A stretch of DNA of 63,525 nucleotides, counting the filler, from Kipferlia bialata (taxonomy: Eukaryota): assembly GCA_003568945.1 (NCBI GenBank). It is 6 parts of 6 records of this genome, joined end to end, with 100 filler letters (N's around TTAATTAATTAA, not from the genome) between each part and the next. Parts side by side here need not be neighbours in the genome. Positions count along the whole stretch, not along the records: positions 1 to 13,218 come from BDIP01000977.1; 5 more parts are not named here. The stretch is one strand, 5' to 3'. Each line of letters starts with the position of its first letter. Within the stretch, counting starts at the first letter, position 1. Below the pieces are notes generated by a model. That model saw only the letters and a program-made list of their open reading frames with translations. It did not search any database and was not told the DNA's origin. The position numbers and the translations under genes were made by a program. Below, in pieces: positions 1 to 11,700 of this stretch.

Positions 1-8
1 ATATATAT

Positions 9-54
<46 letters not shown>

Positions 55-60
<6 letters not shown>

Positions 61-367
61 TTGACGTCATCATGGCCAGGGCACAGGCAGCAGGTACAGA
101 GGATATGCATAGTATACATATGGTTCTTCACATACAAGTATTTAGTACTATTCATACATCTAACCATCCAGGTGTAGACAACATGATTGTCCAAGCAGGA
201 CATATACTAACGGGATCTACCTCTACACAGTACATTACCTATGTATATATATAGAAACTCTCTAACTCACTAGGCGTTGACAAGATGATTGTGACCGTTG
301 GGTCCAAGCAAGATATCGAGGGGGCACTGGCACTGTGCAGGCAGTACCCAGGTATATATGTGTATAT

Positions 368-408
<41 letters not shown>

Positions 409-3400
409 GGACATCGAGGGGGCACTGGCACTGTGCAGACAGTACCCAGGTGTAAACGTCTCTACAGTAGTCAAACACACATATATATATGAAGGGATAT
501 ATATGTATGTATTTATAGAGAGAGAGACAGTTATCTCCAAGAGAGTTAGGACACCGAGGGGACAAGCCGCACTTTCACTCACCCTCAGACAAGATATACT
601 TGCATCTCTCTCTCACTCACTCTCTCTCTCCCTGTCTTACCCTCAGGCAAGATGTACATGACCCTTGGCATCCACCCCACAAGGTATAGATATGTATACA
701 TGTCTTTCATAATTGTCTTACTTACAGGTATGTACTTCATACATATACTTATGACTATACATGTATATATATACTTATGGCATATGATGTACATGACCCT
801 TGGCATCCACCCCACAAGGTATACAGGAGATATCTTCCATACAGATACATACCTGTATTACACACGTATATATACATATGATTATATATATATGCAATAT
901 ATACATATGACACTCTTTGTACATGACCCTTGGGATCCACCCAACAAGGTATATGACATGTATTCAACTATATCACCCATAATTTGCACAATATCTGTAT
1001 TCTATCGGTGAATCTCTGTACTCACACCAGGTCCAAGCAGTGGAATGCCAAGATGCAGTCTCTCTCTCTCTCTCTCTCTACTCACACCAGGTCCAAGCAG
1101 TGGAATGCCAAGATGCGCTCCGAGCTGCACTCCCTGTTGACAGAGCATGCACGGACAGAGGCCAATCCAGAGGGTATATACAGTATACATATACATATAT
1201 GTATATAGTAGATATACATTGTAGATATATAGGAGTAGACACTGATTTGGAGTGTAAGTTTCTATTCAATATTCAACTTACCCCTGGGTGCGTTGTGGCC
1301 TATGGAGGGTACATGCTGGATATACACACTATAACTTTATATACTAATAGATACATGTTGTACTATATATAGTAATAGATACATATTATCCCTCACTTCA
1401 GGCTGCGTTGTAGCCTATGGTGAGTTTGGCCTGGACTACGACAGACTATATATATATATATATACAACACACTATATATGTTTTAGTATCCAAGTATATT
1501 CATCACAATTACCACTCCACTAACCTCTAGGTTGTGTCGTTGCCTATGGTGAGTTTGGCCTGGACTACGACAGACTATACAACATAGTATACACTATATG
1601 TGTATTATCCAATTGTGTGTTGTATAGCCTTTGCTACTGCTGTTGTACTTACTTACCTTAGGATGCGTTGTGGCCTATGGTGAGTTTGGCCTGGACTACG
1701 ACAGACTGCACTTTGCAGACATGGAGACACAGAAGAGGGCATTCAAGGTATGTGTACACTATACCTACAGTTATACATACCATATGTGTACTATAGGGAC
1801 TATATACTATATACTAAATACTATACTATGTGTATGATATATATAATACATACTGCACTTTGCAGACATGGAGACACAGAAGAGGGCATTCAAGGTGTGT
1901 GTACAATTGTATATACATATACGCTACCCCAGGCCCAGCCCCCCCCCCTCTCTCTCTACATATATCTTTATAAGGGTATATATATACTTACATATGTATC
2001 AGCTTAACCCTAGGCCCAGCTGGCCCTTGCCTCTTCTATATACTTACTCCCCTTTCTCTTCCTCTCTCTCTCTATATATATATATAAGGGCATGTATATA
2101 CCCTTTACCCCAGGCCCAGCTGGCCCTTGCCGCTGAGTTCAAGCTGCCCCTGTTTCTGCACGAGAGGTATATATTTTGTATATATAGATATATTAGGTTA
2201 TAAGAAGAATCTATATAATATATGTATTGAGTATCTATAATACATATGTATATGTGTATATATGTGTGTGTGCCACAGGTATATAGATGCCATATCTTAT
2301 ATTGTCATAGACCTGAATGAATAGAGAAGTAAGGGGATCCATGAATTCTTCAGTTCAGTTTGTCTAACCCCCAGGGCCGCAGCTGAGGACTTCCACTCCA
2401 TCATAGGCCCATACTCCGTGGCTACAAAGGGTATGTCTGCGGTAATATATACAAGCATGAATATACCCTCATCTTGCGGTATTGTTACTACCATTGAATC
2501 TTCTCTCTCTCTCATGGGAAGTAATTACTTTGAATTTCCCAGTGGGAAACACTGAAAATATAGGCTTATCATTGAGAATCACATGCAATCGAGACAGGCG
2601 ACCTATATGATTATGATGTAATGATATATTGTCTACATCTCTTACCCAACAGGCCAGGATGGTCTGGGTGGAGTGGTGCACTGCATATATAATGACACAT
2701 GTATACATTCATATATGAGTATATATATGTACATGTAGTCATATGCGCATCACATATATACTCACCCCAGGCCAGGAGGGTCTGGCTGGAGTGGTACACT
2801 CCTTCACAGGGGACGCAGAGGGTCTGAAGGTATCTACATACATGTGGGTATATGGCAGTATATCTATATATGTGTGTGTATCTAATGGTCATTCACAGGG
2901 ACGCAGAGTGTCTGAAGGTATAGTATGTGTATATGTACTTGTGTGTCTCGATATATGTATGTGTGTGCCAGTGAGGCATTTACAATACCGACATACCTTG
3001 GTTGTCTTACACTAGGGCCACAGCACAGGCTTTGACATCGGTATCAACGGGTGCTCTCTCTCTCTCTCTCTCTACATACTCTATATAGATATCTCTCATA
3101 CTAGGGCCACCTTGCCCTAGGCTTTGACATTGGCATCAACGTCTGATCTGTATGTCTCGCTCTCTCTCTCTCCATCCCTTCATATTCTATGAAAATGTAT
3201 ATAGTCTAACTGCTAGGGCCACCTTGCCCTAGGCTTTGTCATTGGTACCAATATTATCTCTCCNNNNNNNNNNNNNNNNNNNNNNNNNNNNNNNNNNNNN
3301 NNNNNNNNNNNNNNNNNNNNNNNNNNCTCTCTCTTTATATATATATATGAATATATCTTACTGCTAGGGCCACCTTGCCCTTGGGTTTGACATTGGCATC

Positions 3401-3488
3401 AACGGGTGCTCTCTCAAGAAGGAGGAGAACGTCACAGTGGCATCTATGGTGCCACTGGATAGGTGTGTATGCTCTCTTTTCTTTTTTT

Positions 3489-3531
<43 letters not shown>

Positions 3532-6500
3532 TAATATATATGTATATGTGTCAAGAAGGAGGAGAACGTGACGGTGGCATCAATGGTGCCCCTAGACAGG
3601 TACATATAATATAAGATACATCTATCTATATATATCAAGTGTACCACTGGATAGGTACATATGATATAATATACACCTATATGTATATATATATATATTT
3701 GTATCCAATATAGCGATGGTACTTAGAAGGAGGAGAACGTCACAGTGGCATCTAGCGTGCCTCTTGACAGGTGTGTATAATACATGTAACACACATTATT
3801 GTAACATATTTGTGTGTATACTATACTATGCATATGAGGCGGTGAACGTGACAGTGGCGGCACTGATACCCGTAGTTGGGTTATGGTATTAGATTGGGAT
3901 TGTATCGGCGCTGTTCCTCACATTTGTTCCTCTTGTACACAGACAATTACACATTGGCATGTGTATATATACATGTATACTTACCCTTAGGCTGCACCTT
4001 GAGACGGACTGCCCCTGGTGTGACATCAGGGCATCTCACCACGGGCACAAGGCAGTAAAGACACGGTATGTAGTAAGCCATATGTACATATATATATGTG
4101 TGTAGAGAGGTTTCATTATAGTATCATACACCACGGACACAAGGCAGTAAAGACACGGTGAGTGCTCCAAATGGATATGGAACCTGCAGTACTATTGATC
4201 ATCTCTGGATATATCTCTTCTCTATATATCCTTATCCTCAGCCCCTACAAGCCCATCAAGAAGGAGATTATATAGTATATTTGCGTAGAGTCTTTATTGG
4301 TATAAATCAAATAGCATGTATCTATATTGTTTAGAATCCCTATATTTACCCCAGCCCCTACAAGCCCATCAAGAAGGAGAAGTACGTGGTGGTGGACAGG
4401 CCGGAGGAGGTGGGCGTCTGTGTGTATGCAATGTAATTCATTCACAGACATATACATATATATATATATATTCATTGAAGTGGTGGACTCCATATATATG
4501 TGTGTATAATGTATATATACATTTGTATGTACTGTACCCCGGTGCCCGTGTTGTCAAGAGCAGTCTCTCTCTCTCTCTCTCTCTCTCTAAGTATACTGTG
4601 TACATGTATACTATCTATATACTTATCACTAGGGTTGTGCCCCCGGTGCCCGTGTTGTCAAGAGCAGGACAGAGCCATGCCACATCGTGGAGGTGGCAGA
4701 GGTGGGTAAAGAAAGAGAACAAAATTGCAGAGTTGACTATTCTGTCACTATAACCATGTACACTCTACTTGTTGTTTAAATAGACACTCTAACCCTCTAG
4801 GTCCTGAGCGTGTACCACTCCGATGAGACATGCAGAGACATGGAGGCACTCACAGAGAGGGTGTACAACAATACCATGAAGTGAGTATATATATGTATAT
4901 ATCTATATATACAGTCATTTTTTAGTGCTACACTAGAGTTTATAGTAGCATTAGACACGTATATATGCATTTTATGTTTAGGAATTGTTACATATTTCGT
5001 ACTATAGTATACTTCCAGTACCTCTCCCTCATCTACACACTTCTAAACATTTAGAGACGTCATTCTATTTGTGCGGTACGAAAGTGTCTAATAGTAGAGT
5101 AGATAAAGGCAGTGTTACATTAATTTGTATTGAATAGTACTTTACTAGTACCCCGCCCTCACCCTCAGGATGTACTTCCCCATTAGGGGAGTATATATAT
5201 ATGCATATATATATATATATATGAGTGTGTCGTATATACATACTACCTCTCCCTCACCCTCAGGATGTACTTCCCCCCTCTTACAGCCGAGGCCAAGGTA
5301 TGTGCCTCTATATGTACTTACCGTTAGTGGGTCCAATAGCAAAGGATGTCTACTCCCCTCCCCAGAGGGGAGATAGGGGTGTTAATTGTTAATGTATTTA
5401 ACCCCAGACCACTGTGAGAGGTGCCGGGGAGAGACAGAACGAGGTTGAGATATCAGCCAAGGATGTGCAGAAGGACTACCCCGATGTGCCACCCATGTAC
5501 AATGCAGAGGGTATGTATAATATACACATATCAGACAATTTGTATATATGTATGTGTGTATTGATATATATTGAGAGAGAGCTACAGAGTGGCTACCCCG
5601 ATGTGCCACCTGTGTCCCCAGCAGAGGAAAAGTATAGTATATGGAGAGAGAGAGAGGAAATGGTCGAGCGTTCTGGTGTGATCCCCATGTATACAGTATA
5701 GGGATGCGTATATACTGATTAATGACCCCATATCTGTATTACTATTACATGTATACTTACTAACCCCAGGCACCGAGCTCCCCTGCCATTCTGAAAAGTA
5801 TATAGTAGACGTACAACATGCAAGATATATATGTGTATATATACACTGTGATACACTGTTTTTACTTTGCTTACTGCTTACTATAGGCGCCGAACTACCC
5901 TGCACCCTCCCTGCCATTCTGAAGAAGACATCCCTCAACACATGCGTGGTCACGTGGCAGGTGTGGTGTATATGTGTATACCATATATAATGAATTATAT
6001 ATAGAATACATATACTATAAATGTGTTGTCTATGTGTATCCCTCAACACACGCGTGGTCACGTGGCAGGTATGGTATATATTAAAATGCAATATTTGATA
6101 TAATGTATAATATGTATAACATGTGTAATATATGCTATGATTACATTTAACTAATACCAGAGAGATGTGGGCACCTCCATGAGACTTATATATATATACT
6201 AATATCTATGATATTGTTATTATTACTATATGTTGTATATATATATATATATATACATGCTGATGCCAGAGAGACGTGGCCACCCCCCATGGTGACATAG
6301 TGGAGCCCAAGGGCACACAGAGAGGGGGCCTCACTGCCTCATGGTACGTAGATAGCTAACTGTATATGTATACATATGTATATATATTAATACCTGTGTA
6401 TATATATGTATGTATGAGTGCTGTCTATGGTACACAGAGAGGAATCCTCACTGCATCATGGTGAGTGGAGTATATATCAGATGTGTATATAGGTGTTTAG

Positions 6501-7057
6501 TAAGATCTTTATATACATACATTCTATGCACATTTCTGACTATGATTCCATACCTGGACCCAACCAATTGGTCTCCTCTAAACTCGCTCTCTCTCCATAT
6601 ATATGATTATATATATGATTATATAATTGCCCATCTGACTTTTAGGTGGGCCCCAGTGAATGGGTCCCCCCTCACCATTAGTATATCTCTCCCTATTAAC
6701 TTACCTATCTCTCAACGTTCCTATATAGAAATACACTCTTGTCTTATCCTAGGTGGACCCCTGTGAATGGGTCCCCTCTCACTCTGGCCGTGTCAGTAGG
6801 GCACAAGAGATACAGTCTGGCACCCATTAAGGAGGTGGGTGTATGTGTGTACGTATATGTATATATATATACATATGACTGTGTCAGTGGGGCACAAGAG
6901 AATCCTATTGGGTAGTAGTGTCATAGTTGATACGCTTCTGATATCTGGTTGTATTCTTTCTCTGCCCTCTTCTCTAAGTATGTCTCTCACCCCAGACTGG
7001 CTCCTTCTGTCTCAACGTGCTCCACCCCTGCCAGGTACCAGTCTGTTATGCTATCTC

Positions 7058-7095
<38 letters not shown>

Positions 7096-8171
7096 GTGGC
7101 AGATTTGTGGTATCCTTAGGTTGTTTTCTCTCACTTAGTGTGCTGTCTTAACCTCTATTTCCTTATTCCTCACCCCCAGGTCGATATCGCCAAGGGCTTT
7201 GGCTATGCCTCTCAGCACCTCCTGCAGGGTAAGTAGGAGACTATATGTATATATATATATATATATACATATGTATATAGACATTTGTGAGTATATATAT
7301 GCGTGGCCATGTATGGTTATGGCTATGCCTCCCAGCACGTCCTGCAGGGTATGGGTATTTATGGGTAATTTTATGTATAAATGTATGTCTAGATATTTAT
7401 ATATGTATATACCTGTATACATCAAAGTGCATATAGTATATACTATATATTTATGTATACATGAATGAGAATTTTTCTTTCAGTTCTCCCGCTTCTCTCT
7501 CATCATCTGTCGATGATATTCTTTGCATTTCTCTCTCCTAATCTCTCTCTATCTCTCTCTCATCGTAGACAAGGACAAGTTTGACCTGTGTGGTGTCACC
7601 CCCTCTACCGGCCCTGTCCTTGGTATGCCTGTTCTGCCCGGGCCTATCAGCTTTGAGTGCAAGGTAACTCTCTCTCTCTCTCCCCATATATGTGTACATC
7701 CCTTACCCCAGGTCACCTCTGTCATGTCCATGTCTGACCATGACCTGATTGTGGGACAGGTATAGATATACTACTACACATTACAAATACATAGTTTCAA
7801 TACATATGGGAGTATGTGTGTAGTTTCAGTATATTCATGCATAAGTGTGTGTGTGAGTGTGTATCATCTATATAGTACTATCCAACCATATTACAACATT
7901 GTGAGTCTTTATCAACCTCCAAGTCGTGTGACGACACTGTGTGCTCTCACTCAATAGACAAATATAGTTGGTGATGAGACTCTTCTCTCAGGTCGTTGCC
8001 TGTGTCTCTGGTGATGACACTGAGGATGTATCCAAAGATATATATACATATCTATATATACGTATATACATTATACTTGTCTTACGCTAGGTCGTAGCCT
8101 GTGTCTCTGGTGATGACACTGAGGACGGTGACAGCAGGAACCTTCTGGCGTCATTCGTCAAGATGTTCTAA
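55..8171 (+). CDS. tatD: TatD-family DNase (TATDN1-like), 5' partial, apparently fused to a C-terminal flavin-reductase-like domain; about 23 exons
   Basis: Phase-compatible GT-AG exons 55-93, 274-351, 647-683, 1091-1173, 1662-1747, 2114-2166, 2375-2430, 2771-2829, 3368-3462, 3991-4065, 4355-4409, 4633-4701, 4801-4880, 5264-5297 give the TatD motifs GIHP, GEFGLDY, LPLFLHER, GVVHSFTG, GINGCSLK, LETDCPW and EP. There is no stop after 'NNTMKMYFP'; the frame continues to TAA at 8169-8171. Confidence 0.9.
1286..1896 (+). repeat. Exon-echo array around TatD exon 1662-1747
   Basis: Partial copies of the exon 5' end at about 1286, 1402-1447 and 1531-1577 (the latter two with their own AG). A copy of the exon 3' half plus GT lies at 1852-1896. 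Confidence 0.9.
3015..3880 (+). repeat. Exon-echo array around TatD exon 3368-3462
   Basis: 5' echoes at about 3015, 3104 and 3216 (GGCCAC...GGCTTTG). 3' echoes at 3551-3601, about 3644, 3725-3773 and a degenerate one at about 3836-3880. Confidence 0.9.
3264..3326. other. Scaffold gap inside a TatD intron
   Basis: 63 N with no linker motif, flanked by CT-rich sequence. Confidence 0.95.
5887..8171 (+). other. Flavin reductase-like (split-barrel, flavoredoxin/DIM6-NTAB type) domain exons
   Basis: Exons 5887-5960, 6270-6343, 6753-6834, 6996-7035, 7180-7228, 7569-7663, 7712-7759, 8091-8171 translate to ...GGLTASWWTPVNGSPLTLAVSVGHKRYSLAPIKETGSFCLNVL...AKGFG...DKDKF...PVL...FECKV...SDHDLIVGQVV, the family pattern. 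The 7035/7180 junction is not phase-resolved, so a micro-exon is probably missed. Confidence 0.8.
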
Positions 8172-8749
8172 AGGTGATAAGAGCATTCAGATAGTACAGA
8201 AGGTGTTCAGAGCGTCATTCAGATGGTATGTGAGGGAGAGTAGCAGATGTTCGGGAACCTTCTGGCCTCATTCGTCAAGATGTTCTAAGGAGGTTCTAAA
8301 TATGTTCTAAACCAATGAATTTCATTAGCCAATAGACAATGGAACCAGGGGTATATATGACTTGGGAGCGAGATGTTGATACTCAAGAGAAAGTGCGATA
8401 TGGCCATATGTCTAGCCGTACTGACTCAGTGCTACTGCTTCAGTACTACTGCCATAGAGGGCTCATTTGGTTGAAAGGGATACACTGTCATTCCAATGCC
8501 GGATACATTGCAGGCCTCCCAATGGGAGGCTCCCATCCACTTATAGTGCCACGAAACCGTGTCAGTCGCAATTTCAATACATGCTGTATGATAGAAGAGT
8601 AGTCACAGTGTGGACACTCATTCATCCTCTCTCTCCAGCATACATGTCTACTTAGTCTTTCTATGGGCTATACGCTCTCTGCTATCCTCGTTGTACCCCA
8701 CTCTCACCTTCTTTCTCCAGGCATCTAAGTGTACTTACAGAGAGCATCA

Positions 8750-11700
8750 CTAAAATGTATTACTCTCCCTCTTATCCACGTTGTAACCCCACTCCAGGTC
8801 AGGGTGAGGATACATCACCTGCGGGAGGTACTGCACAAGCCTAAGTGTAAGTGTACACACTATAGGGATACATCTCTTCTGTTACATATGTACATATGCA
8901 TAATATATATGCAATGCATAGTATGCATCCATACCTCGCTGTCCTCATGTCATCCATGACCAGGGCAGTACATACCAATGACACATATATAGTATAGATA
9001 TATATATACTACACACGTATATGTATATAACCATGTATGTATACCTCGCTGTCCTCATGTCATCCATGACCAGGGCAGGTACATCTCAAATTGTGTGCAA
9101 TAGTCAAAAGTACCAACATATACACTATAACTGTAGTATTAGTACCTAGCTGTCCTCATGTCATCCATGACCAGGGCAGTGTCTGGTGACATATATATAT
9201 GTACTGAATACCTATCTATCTATCTATCTATCTGTCTATCTATCTATCTATCTATCTATATCTATATATATAAATATATATACATATGTATACCTCGCTG
9301 TCCTCATGTCATCCATGACCAGGGCAGTGTCGGGTGAGACCAATACACCACCAGTGGGTCGAGTGCTGAACTGCATATGAGTACTGATGGTGTATGAATA
9401 TATATATATACGTACATATATATATATATAGAGTTATGGGTACATATATATGTATATAGATACCAGTACACATCTAGTGGGTCTAGTACTGAACTGTGAT
9501 GAGTTGCCTACATGTGTACATACATATACACACAACATACTTTGCACTTATACATCAATTAGCACCAATCACATTTCTTGTGTACCTTAGATATATCCAT
9601 ATATATTAGTATGTATAGTATATACCTGGATTAGTTCCTTCTCCCCCCATATCTCCATGTCCCCTGATATGGTGTCATACACTATGCACTNCCTTCTCCC
9701 CCCATATCTCCATGTCCCCTGATATGGTGTCATACACTATGCACTCTGACACAGTCACCAGGCCATTGGGACTGTACACGACAGAGGGTATCACGAGGAA
9801 ATGGCCGATGGTAATAGCCTATCAGTAAGAGAGAGAGAGAGAGACTAGCCCATTGGGACTGTACACGACAGAAGGGACAACAAGGAAATGGCCAATGGTA
9901 ATAGCCTAAGTGTTAGAGAGAAGAGAGACATAGAGAGAGACTACACCAGTGATACTGACAGTGGCTAATTGTAATTGCATGTTAAAGTAAGCCTACCCTT
10001 GTATATTGAGAGAGAGAGAGACACATGCACGCACAAGGCCGTTTGGAGTGCAGAAGACAGTAGAGAATACATCTATACTCTTGCTGCCCCCCATTCCCAT
10101 CTGCCACACACTCTCTCTCTATATCCCTCTTTCCATCTATCTGTATAGATATGGATATGTACATATCTATATATATACCTTGGCTGCCCCCCCATTGCCA
10201 TGGGTCAGACTCATGTAGGGCAGGGTGTCCTCTTTGTGCCACCCAGTGGCATGGTTATAGGTCACATGGGTACGGCCCCTATAGATGAGAAATAGATGAG
10301 GATATATGTGTAGCATACTATCTCTTGTGACAGCTCACAGAGAGTATATATCAATACACCTTAGAAAGTGTTCCGTGTCCCCCACTGTGCCATGATAATA
10401 CACATACTATATACACTTCATATAAATGTATATTAATATGTATACACACATATATGCATACATACCTTAGGAAGTGTGCCGTGTCCCCCACTGCACCATG
10501 GTAATACCCAGTCAGAGGCATAGTACATAGAATACATTTATATCTATATCTATATGTGTGTGTGCGTATGTATATACTATAGAACCTCAGAAAGTGTGCC
10601 GTTTCCCCCACTGCCCCATGGTAGTACCCAGTCAGAGCCTTAGGGCAATCAGGTAGACAGGTCCACTCTCCTGGGGTTAAATACTATATATCTATATAGT
10701 ATTTAGGTGTATGTATATATACTGTCAGAGACACAGTTGGGAAGACAAGTCCAATCTCTATTTGTAAATATGTAAAATATATGTAGATACATGCGAGTTG
10801 TGTATGTGAATATATGATATACTACATCCCTCTATATATACAGATAGATATATCTATATATACTATATGTCCCTCACCACTCAAAGGGTCTAACATCCAG
10901 GCCTGAAGAGAGTGATGTCCTCGATTCTGCCTGAGGGTTAGAGTAGTAGTATATACATTGAATAGAACTACACAAATACAGTAATGACATATATGCATAG
11001 CCATAATTGACCAGATGAGAGTGATGTCTAAGGGTTAGAAGGCAACAGAACTCCCTATACACACACACATATATGTGAATATTCCATAAATACAGATACC
11101 TTGAGTACAGACACATATGCATTCCTATATAATGTATATTCACCTCTGATCCCAGAACTCGCCCCCTGTCACGAGTAGATGTTCATCCAGTGCTAGCATG
11201 GGACCAGGGATGTGGTCATTGCCCCTCCTGGAGTTATGATATTGTCTAAATGTTAGTACTTCGCATATGTTTATACATATATGTTCTCTATATGTGAGAC
11301 CATCCAAGGCTAGCATGGGAAATGGAATGTGGTCATTGCCTCTCCTAACGTTAGATTAGTATTATAGCTATGTAATTTATACACACATTGTATGACACAT
11401 ATACTATAGGACACAGAATGTGGTCGTTGCCTCTCCTAGAGGTGTTAGTGTATGTACATATAGTATTACATATAGTATTACAATAGTACATACATAATAC
11501 TATGAATATCAATACCTCTTCCTAGTCTTGAGCCCAGGTGGATTGCATGATACAATTAGAAAATACAGTACATATGTACAATGTACACACATCATATACA
11601 CACACATATATATATGTTATTCCCAGTACCTCTTCCTAGTCTTGAGCCCAGGTGGATTCCCGTAGTTCCTATCCCACTGCAGGACTGGCTCTCCCTCTCC

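Noticed and set aside
239..1372. Numerous 60-120 aa ORFs rich in YIYI/SLSL/ERER
   Set aside because: Translations of (TA)n and (GA)n intron microsatellites; this applies to most short ORFs in the track.
8932..9329. CRISPR-like repeat-spacer appearance
   Set aside because: The repeats are copies of a coding exon end with a splice donor, the spacers are long and microsatellite-rich, the context is eukaryotic and there are no cas genes.
9637..9745. Perfect ~54-nt direct repeat separated by a single N
   Set aside because: An exact copy around an N is the signature of an unmerged contig overlap, not a biological echo.
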